Notes under the pieces: generated by a model
Told to the model about the DNA's origin: nothing
The model's database searches: none
The model's input: only the letters and a program-made list of their open reading frames with translations
Position numbers and translations under genes: made by a program
Source of the DNA: a bacterium
GTDB lineage: Bacteria > Verrucomicrobiota > Verrucomicrobiia > Chthoniobacterales > UBA6821
Assembly (NCBI GenBank): GCA_021849805.1
Contig: JAJZSL010000009.1
Coordinates: forward strand, 2,804 to 66,803
DNA length: 64,000 nucleotides
Direction of reading: 5' to 3'
Part shown: positions 1 through 11,212 of the stretch, piece by piece
How positions within the stretch are numbered: the stretch's first letter is position 1
Layout of the letters: the number at the start of each line of letters is the position of its first letter

Positions 1-975
<975 letters not shown>

Positions 976-1033
976 CAACAAGAACATAGTTCACTCCTCT
1001 GCCACTCTTACGTTAATCTAAAATGAGACTATC

Positions 1034-1756
1034 ATGAGTAATCTTTTTCGCAATATAGTAGAACACAATGCAAGCTGGGATAGAAATTATGCAATCTCAA
1101 ACAGAGGGTTTTCTAGTGCATGCCGAGCTCTTGATTCTATCATCAATTTTTCAGAAGAGCATCAATCAAGGCAAATTAGCATGGAAAATGTTTGGCGAAC
1201 CAACGAAGCAGGATATAATACGTATCACCCTTATACCTACGTTCCAGGAGATCCAGCTCCCTCTCTCCTTGGACATGCTATCAATGCTTTTGCCATAACA
1301 CGCGATCAAAATCGTTCTGCTCGGGATACACTTCATCAGCTACGATTTGATATCCAAACAGCTTTAGGAGACGAAGCTGCTCATCTTTTTAAGCGTCAAT
1401 TTTACTCTCACCTACTCACTAGCACAACACCAACACAACGAGAGTTAGTAGATTTTTTCCGGGAACATGGTTTCATCGAACATCTAACTACTCCTCCTAT
1501 TGGTACAGATGCCCAACTTGTGCCGGATGCTCAAGAAGTCCCCGTGAGTGCTGAAGTTACTGCCGTTCCCTCTTCCCCTCAACTTCATGATGATCCCATA
1601 ACTCTTACCGCCGATCCAATCGATCCCCCAGTCATCGCCCAACCTATTAATGATCAAACAAACCCTCACTTCACTCATCACATTTTTAGAGATGAAGAGG
1701 GATTAATTAATTTAGACGATGCTCGCAATCATCCACCACTAGTTCCAAGAGAGTAA
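1034..1756 (+). CDS. Hypothetical protein (orphan, Pro-rich C-terminal third)
   Basis: 240-aa ORF with no overlapping competitor of similar length and no motif I recognise. No signal peptide or TM segment. A hairpin repeat follows immediately. Confidence 0.55.
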   Translation: MSNLFRNIVEHNASWDRNYAISNRGFSSACRALDSIINFSEEHQSRQISMENVWRTNEAGYNTYHPYTYVPGDPAPSLLGHAINAFAITRDQNRSARDTLHQLRFDIQTALGDEAAHLFKRQFYSHLLTSTTPTQRELVDFFREHGFIEHLTTPPIGTDAQLVPDAQEVPVSAEVTAVPSSPQLHDDPITLTADPIDPPVIAQPINDQTNPHFTHHIFRDEEGLINLDDARNHPPLVPRE

Positions 1757-1780
1757 CAAGAAGGATCATGAATATTCCTT

Positions 1781-1923
1781 AGAGAGCTCTAGGCATATTC
1801 ACTAACGTTCTAGCCGTGCATTGGCCGCGTCACTTCGGCGCTCAAATCCTTCTACATGAGAATAAAAACTGGTTTTGAGCTTCTTGTTTTCGGCACGACA
1901 GTGGCTAGAACTTTAAGGCTCTC
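1781..1923 (+). repeat. Family C hairpin repeat, copy C1
   Basis: About 75-80% identical to the reverse complement of 32725-32863. Internal arms aacgttctagccgtgc / gcacgacagtggctagaac can pair. Confidence 0.8.
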
Positions 1924-2049
1924 AAAGATAACCCAACAAAAAAATCATGCTGCTTGAAAGCATGATAACAGCAAAAAAATCAGAAAGATTGCTATTTTAT
2001 AGAAATTACTTTTCTAGAAGAAAGAATAACCTTTCGCTATGATGCTGCC

Positions 2050-2421
2050 ATGAATTCTCCACGTGCTCATCAGCATCGCTCTCCCTCTCGAAGATTATCT
2101 CGAGAAGAGCAAGTGATTATTTTACCATTAGCTAATCGCTTTTTAATTTTACTCATCATTGCTGGAGTTCTAGCACTACTCTTGATGACCTTTTATCCAG
2201 AGTGGAGAAAACTTTCTCACATGCGCTCTGATTTAGCAAAAAAGCGAGCAGAACTTATCAAATTAGAAAAAGAAAATCATCGCAAAGAACGTGAACTCTA
2301 CCTTCTACAACATGATAAAACTTACTTAGAGCTCATTGCTAGAGATCGTCTTGATCTCATGAAACCTAATGAAACAATTTTTCGTTTGAGCCCTCCCCGT
2401 GGAAGCGAACATCAACAATAA
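2050..2421 (+). CDS. ftsB: Septum formation initiator FtsB/DivIC family
   Basis: Single TM helix (LILLIIAGVLALLLMTF), then a coiled coil (LAKKRAELIKLEKENHRKERELYLLQ) and a YLELIARDRLDLMKPNE motif typical of FtsB/DivIC. It lies downstream of eno, a common arrangement. Confidence 0.8.
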   Translation: MNSPRAHQHRSPSRRLSREEQVIILPLANRFLILLIIAGVLALLLMTFYPEWRKLSHMRSDLAKKRAELIKLEKENHRKERELYLLQHDKTYLELIARDRLDLMKPNETIFRLSPPRGSEHQQ

Positions 2422-2608
2422 TAACTCAGCATGAATTCTTTGCTTGAAGTTGAGCAGTTGATGAGAAAAGGTTTCTATTCTTCATCTCCTCGATCTAGAA
2501 AATTTACTATTTTGAGAAACTTATGAGGAGAACTTTTGAAACATCTCTATTGAGAAGAATTTCTTTTTTTCTCATTGATGAATCCCCTACTCCACAAAAC
2601 TCTTAACC

Positions 2609-3904
2609 ATGATTCAACGTTATAGTCGTCCAGAAATGCGCTCCCTTTGGTCAGAGCAACGAAAATTAGAACTCTGGCTTGAAATTGAAATCTTAGCCTG
2701 TGAAGCAATGGCTACATTTGGAATTATCCCTCAGAAAGATGCACAGATGATTCGAAGAAAAGGAGCCTTCTCTCAAGAGGCTATTGCTGAAATTGAAAAA
2801 CGAACAAATCATGATGTTATTGCATTTCTTGAAAATGTAGCTTCCTATGTTGGAGAGCCAGCACGTTGGATTCATCGTGGTCTTACTTCCTCGGATCTTC
2901 TGGACACCACACTTTCAGTACAGATGAAAGAATCGATTGATCTTCTACTCAATGATCTTCATTTGCTTCAACATGCCATTGCAAAGCGATCCAAAGAGCA
3001 TCAAGACACACCAACCATAGGACGCAGTCATGGAATTCATGCTGAGCCCATCACCTTTGGTCTGAAACTAGGAGTTATGTATGATGAATTTAGCCGTGCT
3101 CGCGAGAGACTTTTACAAACACGTAGTCGTGTAGCAGTGGGGATGCTCAGCGGAGCAGTAGGTACTCATGCCCATCTAGATCCCAGAGTAGAAGCCTATG
3201 TTTGTGAAAAGCTAGGTTTGAAGCCTTCGCTGCTTTCCACACAGATTTTACAGCGTGATCGTCATGCAGAGTTCATCATGACCTTAGCCCTCATTGGTTG
3301 TAGTATTGAGCGTTGGGCTACGGAATTTCGTCATCTTCAACGTACGGAAGTTCTGGAAGTGGAAGAATACTTCGCTGAAGGTCAAAAAGGAAGTTCAGCG
3401 ATGCCTCACAAACGAAACCCCATTACCGGGGAACGTCTTTGTGGATTAGCCCGTGTACTCCGCGGCCACGCTTTAGCTGCCATGGAAAATGTCTCCCTTT
3501 GGCATGAACGCGATATCAGCCATAGCAGTGTAGAGCGCCTGATTTTTCCTGACTCTTCGACGTTAGCTGATTACATGCTCCACCAGTTAACAACATTGGT
3601 AGAAAATCTTCAGGTTTATCCCAAGAATATGATGCGCAACATGGATCTCACTCATGGACTTTATGGCAGTCAAGCGATCCTTCTGGAGCTGACTGATCGA
3701 GGAATGTCACGTCAAAAAGCTTATGAAGCTGTTCAACGAGCAGCCATGAAAACGTGGAAAGAGGCCCTACCTTTTCTCACTTCGCTTTGTCAAGAACCTG
3801 AAGTCATGGCTCGCCTCTCCAAGGAAGAGCTCGAGAAAATAACTTCTCCTCAGCGTCATTTTACTCATGTCCAAGAAAAGCTACATGCTGTGGGAGTTCT
3901 TTAA
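2609..3904 (+). CDS. purB: Adenylosuccinate lyase
   Basis: Fumarate-lyase signature GSSAMPHKRNP and full-length PurB-like organisation (431 aa). Confidence 0.93.
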   Translation: MIQRYSRPEMRSLWSEQRKLELWLEIEILACEAMATFGIIPQKDAQMIRRKGAFSQEAIAEIEKRTNHDVIAFLENVASYVGEPARWIHRGLTSSDLLDTTLSVQMKESIDLLLNDLHLLQHAIAKRSKEHQDTPTIGRSHGIHAEPITFGLKLGVMYDEFSRARERLLQTRSRVAVGMLSGAVGTHAHLDPRVEAYVCEKLGLKPSLLSTQILQRDRHAEFIMTLALIGCSIERWATEFRHLQRTEVLEVEEYFAEGQKGSSAMPHKRNPITGERLCGLARVLRGHALAAMENVSLWHERDISHSSVERLIFPDSSTLADYMLHQLTTLVENLQVYPKNMMRNMDLTHGLYGSQAILLELTDRGMSRQKAYEAVQRAAMKTWKEALPFLTSLCQEPEVMARLSKEELEKITSPQRHFTHVQEKLHAVGVL

Positions 3905-4214
3905 TAAATTATAAATGGCATCATTCAACTCTTGAACTTTCAGTCGTGAAGGGTGAAAGCAACTACACATTTTCCAAACAAAAGAAAATATTGCTGCTCC
4001 ACTTTGCTCACAAAACAACGATGACACTTTTTAAAAATTTTCTAGAACTCTAGAAAAAGAGGTTGCACCTACCTCAACTGAAGAAGAACTGCGTACAAAA
4101 GTATTTTTTAAAAAATCAAGACTAGTTTTTCTTTTAAAAGATAGTATATTCCTTCGTCAATTATCGAATATTTTTCTTCTCGACATTTTTTACCGCTTTT
4201 ACACGTTCAAATCA

Positions 4215-6347
4215 GTGACTAAAAAGAAAACTCTCTCCTCTTCAAAAAAGAAACTCATTGTACTACCAACAAAAATGGTATCAAAAAAAGTTAGTCTTAA
4301 AAAAGCGAACTCCAAAAAATCAAGTCTAACTCAAAAAAAAGTTGTTCCTAAAAAAAATAAAAAGACTTCTCCTCGTTCGAAAAAAATAATCTCATCTAAG
4401 CAAATCCCCTCTTCAGCTTCCCAAAAAAAGCGAACAGTAAAATCAAGCCTGACTCCAAAAAAAACTCTCTTAGCTTCAACGCCAATCAAAAAAGCAAAAA
4501 ACAAAACATCTAAAATTTCTCTTCAAGAAGATTCTGATACTTCGTCCGCATTAAAAGATCAAAAAAAACAAAAAGATACCTTTGTTACTTCTAAAAAGTT
4601 AACTCGCAAACCAGAAAAGAAAAAAGAAGTTCCTCAAGAGAATACTCCTCTTCCCAGTAGAAACGCTCTGTTTATTCAGAGTGATCTTCCTCCTAAAAGT
4701 CCTCGTGAAGCTAAAAAGTTGCTTCAAGAAAAAGTCCGTGAACTTTTAAAATTAGCTAAAGAACAAGGCTATATTACTTTTGAAGATTTGGAGGAACATC
4801 TTCCTGAGGGGATGAATAACCCTGAAACAATAGAGTCGATCCTCACTCAACTTCGCATTGTTGAAATCGATATTATTGATGCATCAGATGTTGACCGCGT
4901 TAAAGAAGTCAAAAAATTGGATGAAGAGGAGGAGAAAGATGAAAAGGATGAAAAAGCTGAAGGACGTCTTGATATCCTAGATGATCCCGTTCGTATGTAT
5001 CTCAAGCAAATGGGTCAAGTTCCTCTTTTAACACGTGAACAGGAAGTTGAGATCTCCAAGCGTATTGAAGAAGCGCAGCTAGAAATGCAGAACGTACTCT
5101 ATCGTTTTGGTCTTATTGCTCATGCCCATATCGATTTAGCCCAACGTCTCCTCGATTCTCGAGAGCGCTTTGATCGCGTTATTTTGGACAAAAAAATTGA
5201 GAGCCGTGAGCGCTATCTCAAAGCTCTTCCTCGTCTCTGCCAGCAGCTCCAGCGATTAGCCTCCGAAGTTTCCAGTCTTTATATTAAGAAAATCCTTTCT
5301 AAAAAAAATCCTCTCCCTAAGGACTACCAAGAAATTGAAAAGAAAATTGAGGAGATTATTAAGTTGTATCCTAAGTTTTATTTTAAACAGAAAATTACCG
5401 AAGATTTCGTTGCTTTAGTTGATGATCATATTCGCTTACTTCAAGAGCTACGTGCAGAGTATGAGAATCATTTAAAACATACTAACGCCACCTCAGATCG
5501 CCTCAAACAAGCCATTGTTGCTCAACGTAACGAGCATCATCATCGTAATTGGATGTCCACCGAACAGTCTGAGATAGCACATCGCACGCTCAAAAAACAT
5601 TTTCGCTCTGCTCTACGTGCAAAAACAGAAATGGTCGAAGCAAATTTGCGACTCGTGATCTCTATTGCTAAGAAATATACAAATCGCGGGCTCTCCTTTC
5701 TTGATTTGATTCAAGAAGGAAATATGGGATTGATGAAAGCTGTTGAAAAATTCGAGTATCGGCGTGGTTACAAATTTTCTACTTATGCAACCTGGTGGAT
5801 TCGTCAAGCAATTACACGTTCTATTGCTGATCAAGCACGCACCATTCGTATACCAGTTCACATGATTGAAACGATCAATAAATTGATTCGTGTTCAAAAA
5901 CAACTTGTTCAAGAGTATGGTCGAGAACCAACCCCGGAAGAAATTGCTGACGAAATTCAACTTCCTGTTGAACGTGTTCGAGCTGTTCTCAAAATGGCTC
6001 AACAGCCAATATCATTGCAAGCTCCCGTTGGTGACAGTGATGATACTAGTTTTGGTGATTTTATTGAAGATAAGTCTGCTGAAAATCCTGCTGACATGGC
6101 AGCTATTGTTTTGCTGAAAGACAAAATTAAAGATGTTCTTGAATCACTAACAGAACGAGAACGCCAAGTCTTAGAACAACGCTTTGGCTTGATAGATGGT
6201 TATTCTAGAACACTTGAAGAAGTTGGCAAGCAATTCAGAGTCACTCGTGAACGCATTCGTCAAATTGAAGCAAAAGCACTTCGAAAAATGCGTCATCCTA
6301 CTCGTTTGCGTCAATTAGAAGGTTTCCTAGAACCAAAAGATTTATAA
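4215..6347 (+). CDS. rpoD: RNA polymerase primary sigma factor (sigma-70) with Lys/Ser-rich N-terminal extension
   Basis: Region 2 ([29 protein letters not shown]), region 3 and region 4.2 ([30 protein letters not shown]) are present. GTG start. The first ~150 aa are KK/S repeats that precede region 1.1. Confidence 0.95.
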   Translation: MTKKKTLSSSKKKLIVLPTKMVSKKVSLKKANSKKSSLTQKKVVPKKNKKTSPRSKKIISSKQIPSSASQKKRTVKSSLTPKKTLLASTPIKKAKNKTSKISLQEDSDTSSALKDQKKQKDTFVTSKKLTRKPEKKKEVPQENTPLPSRNALFIQSDLPPKSPREAKKLLQEKVRELLKLAKEQGYITFEDLEEHLPEGMNNPETIESILTQLRIVEIDIIDASDVDRVKEVKKLDEEEEKDEKDEKAEGRLDILDDPVRMYLKQMGQVPLLTREQEVEISKRIEEAQLEMQNVLYRFGLIAHAHIDLAQRLLDSRERFDRVILDKKIESRERYLKALPRLCQQLQRLASEVSSLYIKKILSKKNPLPKDYQEIEKKIEEIIKLYPKFYFKQKITEDFVALVDDHIRLLQELRAEYENHLKHTNATSDRLKQAIVAQRNEHHHRNWMSTEQSEIAHRTLKKHFRSALRAKTEMVEANLRLVISIAKKYTNRGLSFLDLIQEGNMGLMKAVEKFEYRRGYKFSTYATWWIRQAITRSIADQARTIRIPVHMIETINKLIRVQKQLVQEYGREPTPEEIADEIQLPVERVRAVLKMAQQPISLQAPVGDSDDTSFGDFIEDKSAENPADMAAIVLLKDKIKDVLESLTERERQVLEQRFGLIDGYSRTLEEVGKQFRVTRERIRQIEAKALRKMRHPTRLRQLEGFLEPKDL

Positions 6348-6567
6348 CTTTTTTTGATAAATCTTTTTTATTTAGGTGCGACTAAAAAATAAAATAAAAT
6401 TTGTAGTAAAGTTTATTTCTTAAGGAAATAGATTCTCTCTCATTCTATGACACTATTGTTGGATAGTGCTTGTTTCTTAGCTTTTCTTCAAAAAGTTTGA
6501 CGTTCAAAATCTTGAACTCCCTTCATCTCCTCTTGAAGTCACTCGACTGCATAGCTCCTCCTTTTTT

Positions 6568-8385
6568 ATGAACAAGCAGCTGGAAAATAAGCTAGATGGT
6601 TTTTTATTGATCAAATCTTCTAGGAAAAAAAATTTTCGTCGTTTTAGAAATATCTTTGCTCTTCTTTTTCTACTTCTCTTTGCGTTTTTTTACTACTCCT
6701 ACTACTACCGCTGTAGCCTCTACCCAGCAGGAGAAGGAGGTTGTGAGGGGGTAACTGCATTACGATTACTCTCCGGAAAAGTTCCTATTCGTGATGTTAC
6801 TCTCAATTACAACTTACTTTGGTTCTATCCAATTGTTCTTCTTTTTAAATTTTTTGGCCCAAGCTATACGGCCTTGCGAATCTATTTTTTTGCTATGGCG
6901 ACCCTCACTGGACTCCTTGCATTCTGGATAACAAGGAAAACAACGCACTGCTACTCTCTGGCACTCTTAGCTGGTATAGTAGCTCTCCTGTTACCAGGAC
7001 AGCTCTTTCGCAATTACATGGCTTTTTGTGTCATGCTCAACATGCTCTGTTTTCTGAAAACATTTGCTCTTCCTTGTAGTAGCGTGAAAAAACATTTTCT
7101 CTGGATGATTGCTACAGGTTGCTCGTTAGGAATGACATTTTTAATTCGTATCGATCTCGGTTTTTTTTTGAGTTCTCTTTTTGGGGGACTCCTTTGCCTT
7201 TATCCATGGTTCAAGAACCAGCAATCAAAAAAATATTCACTTAAGAAACGTCTTCTTTTTCTTTTTATTGCTCTTACGTCAGGACTTGGAGGATTTTTAT
7301 TATTTCATCTACCCACTTATTTTTATGCAGAGCAAAGAGGATTTGCTACTCCTTTTGCAGCTCAATATCAGCAATGGCCCCACATGATTATAGTTCAAGG
7401 AAATCATCTCTTGGAAACTGCACTGAACTACAAAAAATCACAGGCTCATCTCTCCTATGCTAGTGAAGCCCCTCCTCAGAAATCGACTGTTCCTTCGGAA
7501 AAAACAGAAAAAAGCAACCTTCGGCGTCCATCCTTCTTCTCTTCATCTGATTTGCGAGAGCGTATCATGACAATAGCGGTCTATTTACCACTCGTTTGTG
7601 CTTTTTTATTGCTATTGATAACATTACTTTTTTTCACATTAGGGTTTATTAAGAAAAAAAGCATCTTCACCTCTCTGGCTTGGATTTTCTTAATCATGCT
7701 GAGCTCCTCGTTAGTGCTCTTTCCTCAATATTTTTTCTGGAGGCCAGATATGGTTCATCTAAGTGAATTTATGGTTCCAATGACAACAACACTCATTGTA
7801 GCTTCCTCACTTCTTTGGAGGTTTCTAAGAGGGAGCAATGTGCTGCTGAAATTTCTCCTCTTGTTGTTTTTACTTTTTGCTCTTGCTAATCTTTCAATCT
7901 ATTTTTTGATTGGAATACAGTCTCAATCCACAGGAGGTATTGCTATTAGCCAAGGAAGAGACCAAGAATTCGTTGGAGCAAATGGGGTTCGTGTACACCT
8001 GACTCCTCATGAATTTGAAGAAACACAAGCAATTTATAAAAGCATTATTACACATTCTCTCCCAGGTGAATATGTTCTCTGCTATCCTTATAATCCAGAG
8101 ATCAATTTGATGACAGATCGACCTTCTTATCTCAAAAATCTTTACTGCGATGATATGACGGCAGGAACTAATTTTGATAAAGTCAGTATTGAGGAATTTG
8201 AAAAGTATCATCCTGCTGTTATTGTTGTTACCGATTGGCCAATTAATGGAACCGAACACTCTCGATTTAGTAACTGGGCTTCTCAAACCTATCACTACAT
8301 TCAAAGCCATTATAAAGCTGATTACCAAAAAGGTATTATTCACGTTTTTGTACGTGGTAGTGCAGCAACGTCAGGAAATGAATAG
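6568..8385 (+). CDS. Polytopic membrane protein, GT-C-fold (ArnT/PMT-like) glycosyltransferase candidate
   Basis: 605 aa with more than 10 predicted hydrophobic helices, an acidic first loop (AGEGGCEGV...GKVPIRD) and a soluble C-terminal domain. The family assignment is tentative. Confidence 0.45.
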   Translation: MNKQLENKLDGFLLIKSSRKKNFRRFRNIFALLFLLLFAFFYYSYYYRCSLYPAGEGGCEGVTALRLLSGKVPIRDVTLNYNLLWFYPIVLLFKFFGPSYTALRIYFFAMATLTGLLAFWITRKTTHCYSLALLAGIVALLLPGQLFRNYMAFCVMLNMLCFLKTFALPCSSVKKHFLWMIATGCSLGMTFLIRIDLGFFLSSLFGGLLCLYPWFKNQQSKKYSLKKRLLFLFIALTSGLGGFLLFHLPTYFYAEQRGFATPFAAQYQQWPHMIIVQGNHLLETALNYKKSQAHLSYASEAPPQKSTVPSEKTEKSNLRRPSFFSSSDLRERIMTIAVYLPLVCAFLLLLITLLFFTLGFIKKKSIFTSLAWIFLIMLSSSLVLFPQYFFWRPDMVHLSEFMVPMTTTLIVASSLLWRFLRGSNVLLKFLLLLFLLFALANLSIYFLIGIQSQSTGGIAISQGRDQEFVGANGVRVHLTPHEFEETQAIYKSIITHSLPGEYVLCYPYNPEINLMTDRPSYLKNLYCDDMTAGTNFDKVSIEEFEKYHPAVIVVTDWPINGTEHSRFSNWASQTYHYIQSHYKADYQKGIIHVFVRGSAATSGNE

Positions 8386-8392
8386 TAGCAGT

Positions 8393-9601
8393 TCAACTTC
8401 CAACAAGTTGGAAAATCTTCTCGTAAGCATCCATAGATTTTTCCCATTCAAATTCCTTTGCTTTTTGAAGAGAGGCCTGTTGCATTTTCTTTAATAATAC
8501 TCGTTGCTCTAATAGAGGACGCAGTGCCTTTGCCATGCCTAGCGGTCCTTCATTGAGATTAAAAAAGGAACCATTTTCATTTTCTACAATAATGTCTTGA
8601 AGACCTCCAATCCGACTTCCCACAATAGCAAGACCATGAAAAAGAGCTTCTATACCAACCATTGGAAGCCCCTCGGAAAGGGAAGGCAGTAACAGAATAT
8701 CCGACTGTTTCATAATTGCTGTAACTTCATTACTTCTAAGCCATCCTAAGAAACTAATTTTTTCTTCAAGACCTTTACTTTTGACTATTTCCGCAAGAGA
8801 AGGAAAAAGAGGGCCTTCTCCAACAATTTTTAAATTCCATGGAAGCCCTCTCAGTAGAGCAAGAGCTTGTATAGCAAAAATTGGATTTTTTTGAATACTC
8901 AAGCGTCCAACCATCAGCATTTGGACTGATTTTGCTCTTTCCAAGGAGTCTAATGGTTCCTTCTCTGCAGCAATCTCCTTTCCTTTTATGTACTGACTTG
9001 CGTAAGAGGGTTGAAGATCAAAAGTAGAAAATATTTTTTTAGAGCAAACACCATTCAGGATAACTGTTGGCTTGATATCATAGGCTTTTTCTCCCAATGC
9101 TGCTACAAAACGACTCACGGCAGTCACTGCAGCAGCAGAACGCCAAATGGGAACTGTTAAAAATTTGATCCATTTGAAAAGAAATGCGGTTTGCTCTGGA
9201 ACACCTCCCGGTACATCACCAAGGTGAATAGTTAAAACATAAGGGATAGAAGTGAGTTGATAGAGTACCCAAGCAAGAGCACCTGTTGGAACGGCAAAAT
9301 GTGCTTGCATGAGCTTAGGCTTCCAGCAATACACCTCTTTGAGCGCTACTGGTAGAGCTGTGATTAGCCAAAAAAACATTTCCAGAATCGTACAAGTATC
9401 CTCTGATTTTCGCCCGGAGCGCACACGTAGAACATGAACCCCCTCAATAATTGATCTCTTGGGCAAGGAAGCAATTCCTCCCGTCACACAATGAACTTCA
9501 TGACCACGATCTACTAGAGATGCTGCAATTTGAGCAGCAACCCTTCCACCTCCACCTCCTAGTGGTGGATATTCATAGCAAAGAAGAAGGATGCGCGACA
9601 T
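8393..9601 (-). CDS. Glycosyltransferase family 4 (group 1)
   Basis: N-terminal EYPPLGGGGGRVAAQIAASLVDRGHEVH and C-terminal LPSLSEGLPMVGIEALFHGLAIVGSRIGGLQDII (EX7E-type) motifs. Confidence 0.85.
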   Translation of the reverse strand: MSRILLLCYEYPPLGGGGGRVAAQIAASLVDRGHEVHCVTGGIASLPKRSIIEGVHVLRVRSGRKSEDTCTILEMFFWLITALPVALKEVYCWKPKLMQAHFAVPTGALAWVLYQLTSIPYVLTIHLGDVPGGVPEQTAFLFKWIKFLTVPIWRSAAAVTAVSRFVAALGEKAYDIKPTVILNGVCSKKIFSTFDLQPSYASQYIKGKEIAAEKEPLDSLERAKSVQMLMVGRLSIQKNPIFAIQALALLRGLPWNLKIVGEGPLFPSLAEIVKSKGLEEKISFLGWLRSNEVTAIMKQSDILLLPSLSEGLPMVGIEALFHGLAIVGSRIGGLQDIIVENENGSFFNLNEGPLGMAKALRPLLEQRVLLKKMQQASLQKAKEFEWEKSMDAYEKIFQLVGS

Positions 9602-9878
9602 TTTGAAAATATAAAAAAGAGCAGTCGCTTCTGTAAGGAAATTTTTTTAAGACAGAATTCTTGAATTCAACAAGAGAAATTTTGAAATTCATTTTATGCT
9701 CTCCTGCCTTGCAAGGGACACCTATTAGCAGGAGAATTATTTTTCCTCTAAAAGATGAGATAGAGAAACATAAACACCATAATGTGAGCATTGATTGCTT
9801 AGAGAAGAGAGAACTGTTATACAAAGATTCAAGTATGTCGACAACGCAATCCTATCGGAAAAAGAAAGTGCTTAGAGC

Positions 9879-10799
9879 ATGCTTGCCAGCATGGAGGAGA
9901 GCAACTGTTTTTCAGAAGTCTCTTTAGAATTTATGAATTCAAACCCCTCTCTCACGCTTTTAGAGGCGTTAAAAAAAGGCACTCTTTTTCTTCAGAAGCA
10001 TCATGTTGAAGAACCTCGACTTAATACAGAGTACCTCTTAGCTCATCAACTAGGACTTCAAAGGCTAGAGCTCTATTTACAATTTAATCGTCTTCTGGAG
10101 GAAGAAGAGTTAAATGCTTTGCGTCAGCTCCTTCTACAACGAAGCAGAGGAATTCCGCTACAATACTTACTGGGAACAGTAGAGTTTTTGGGTAGGATCT
10201 TTCTTTCTGATCAGCGTGCTTTAATACCACGACCAGAAACCGAGCAACTGCTTGAACATGTCTTGGCTCACCATCAATGCCAGCGTATTCTCGATGTTGG
10301 AACGGGGAGTGGTGTTATTGCCATCAGTATAGCTCTAGAAAAGCCAGTAGCAGAAGTAGAAGCTATCGACTGTTCTTTAGAAGCTCTAGAGCTGGCTCAA
10401 GAAAATGCAAAACGCTACCATATGACTAATATTCAATGGCACCATGGAAACCTTCTCTCAGCACTAGAAAAAAAAGAAATACTATCTTATTTCGATCTCA
10501 TTGTTGCTAATCTTCCCTATCTTCTTAGCAAGGAAATTTCCACTCTCAGCCGTGAGCTTTCTTATGAACCGATCATAGCATTAGATGGAGGGGAAGATGG
10601 CCTGTATTTAATTAAAAAACTCATTAGAGATGCTCCCAAGTATCTTCAATCTCCAGGAATACTCTTGTTAGAAATTGGAAGAGATCAAGAAGAAAAAGTA
10701 GTCTATGAGTTCAAAAAAAATGGATATCAGAACATTCTTACTTTTCCTGATCACCAAGGAATTCTACGCTTTGTTCAAGCAGTTTATACAAAGAAATAG
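9879..10799 (+). CDS. prmC: Release-factor glutamine N5-methyltransferase (HemK/PrmC); start may be ATG 9933
   Basis: SAM-binding ILDVGTGSGVIAISIA, conserved LIPRPETE, and the catalytic motif present as NLPY (LIVANLPYL) instead of NPPY. Confidence 0.85.
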   Translation: MLASMEESNCFSEVSLEFMNSNPSLTLLEALKKGTLFLQKHHVEEPRLNTEYLLAHQLGLQRLELYLQFNRLLEEEELNALRQLLLQRSRGIPLQYLLGTVEFLGRIFLSDQRALIPRPETEQLLEHVLAHHQCQRILDVGTGSGVIAISIALEKPVAEVEAIDCSLEALELAQENAKRYHMTNIQWHHGNLLSALEKKEILSYFDLIVANLPYLLSKEISTLSRELSYEPIIALDGGEDGLYLIKKLIRDAPKYLQSPGILLLEIGRDQEEKVVYEFKKNGYQNILTFPDHQGILRFVQAVYTKK

Positions 10800-10854
10800 C
10801 CTAAGCCTTTTGAGAAGCCAATGAGTTTAAAACAACAAAACGAAATAAGAACTT

Positions 10855-11187
10855 TTAGCAATTCTTCGGAGAACCTTCAAAACTAGAAGTATCAGCCGCA
10901 TGCTCTTGGTGTTGAGCAGAAGCTTCATGTTGCTCCATGATTTTTTGCTCGATTTTCTCAATGGAGGCAAGTCCTATTCTTAAATTATTGGCATTAACAG
11001 TGCCTGCAAGCAATTTATTTTCTAAAAATTGAAAAGCATGTTTGCTGAAATTTTCTGAAACTTCAGAAGTTGACTCCACAGCATCGGAAGAAATTGAATC
11101 TACTTTTTCTAAATTAGTTCCTGAATTAGAGGGAGAAGATTGAGGAAGAAATCTTTGATGAACAATGTTGGGAGAAGAAGAGTTCAT
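10855..11187 (-). CDS. Hypothetical small Ser/Glu-rich protein
   Basis: 110-aa ORF with a low-complexity acidic/Ser-rich N-terminal half and a predicted helical C-terminal half. No recognisable motif. Confidence 0.5.
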   Translation of the reverse strand: MNSSSPNIVHQRFLPQSSPSNSGTNLEKVDSISSDAVESTSEVSENFSKHAFQFLENKLLAGTVNANNLRIGLASIEKIEQKIMEQHEASAQHQEHAADTSSFEGSPKNC

Positions 11188-11212
11188 ATGCTTCTTTTAT
11201 TCTCTTGAGAGC

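Noticed and set aside
9573-9927. 83-aa (minus) and 88-aa (plus) ORFs between the GT4 gene and prmC
   Set aside because: They overlap each other in a divergent promoter region and have odd composition and no motifs. This is more likely non-coding 5' regulatory sequence.
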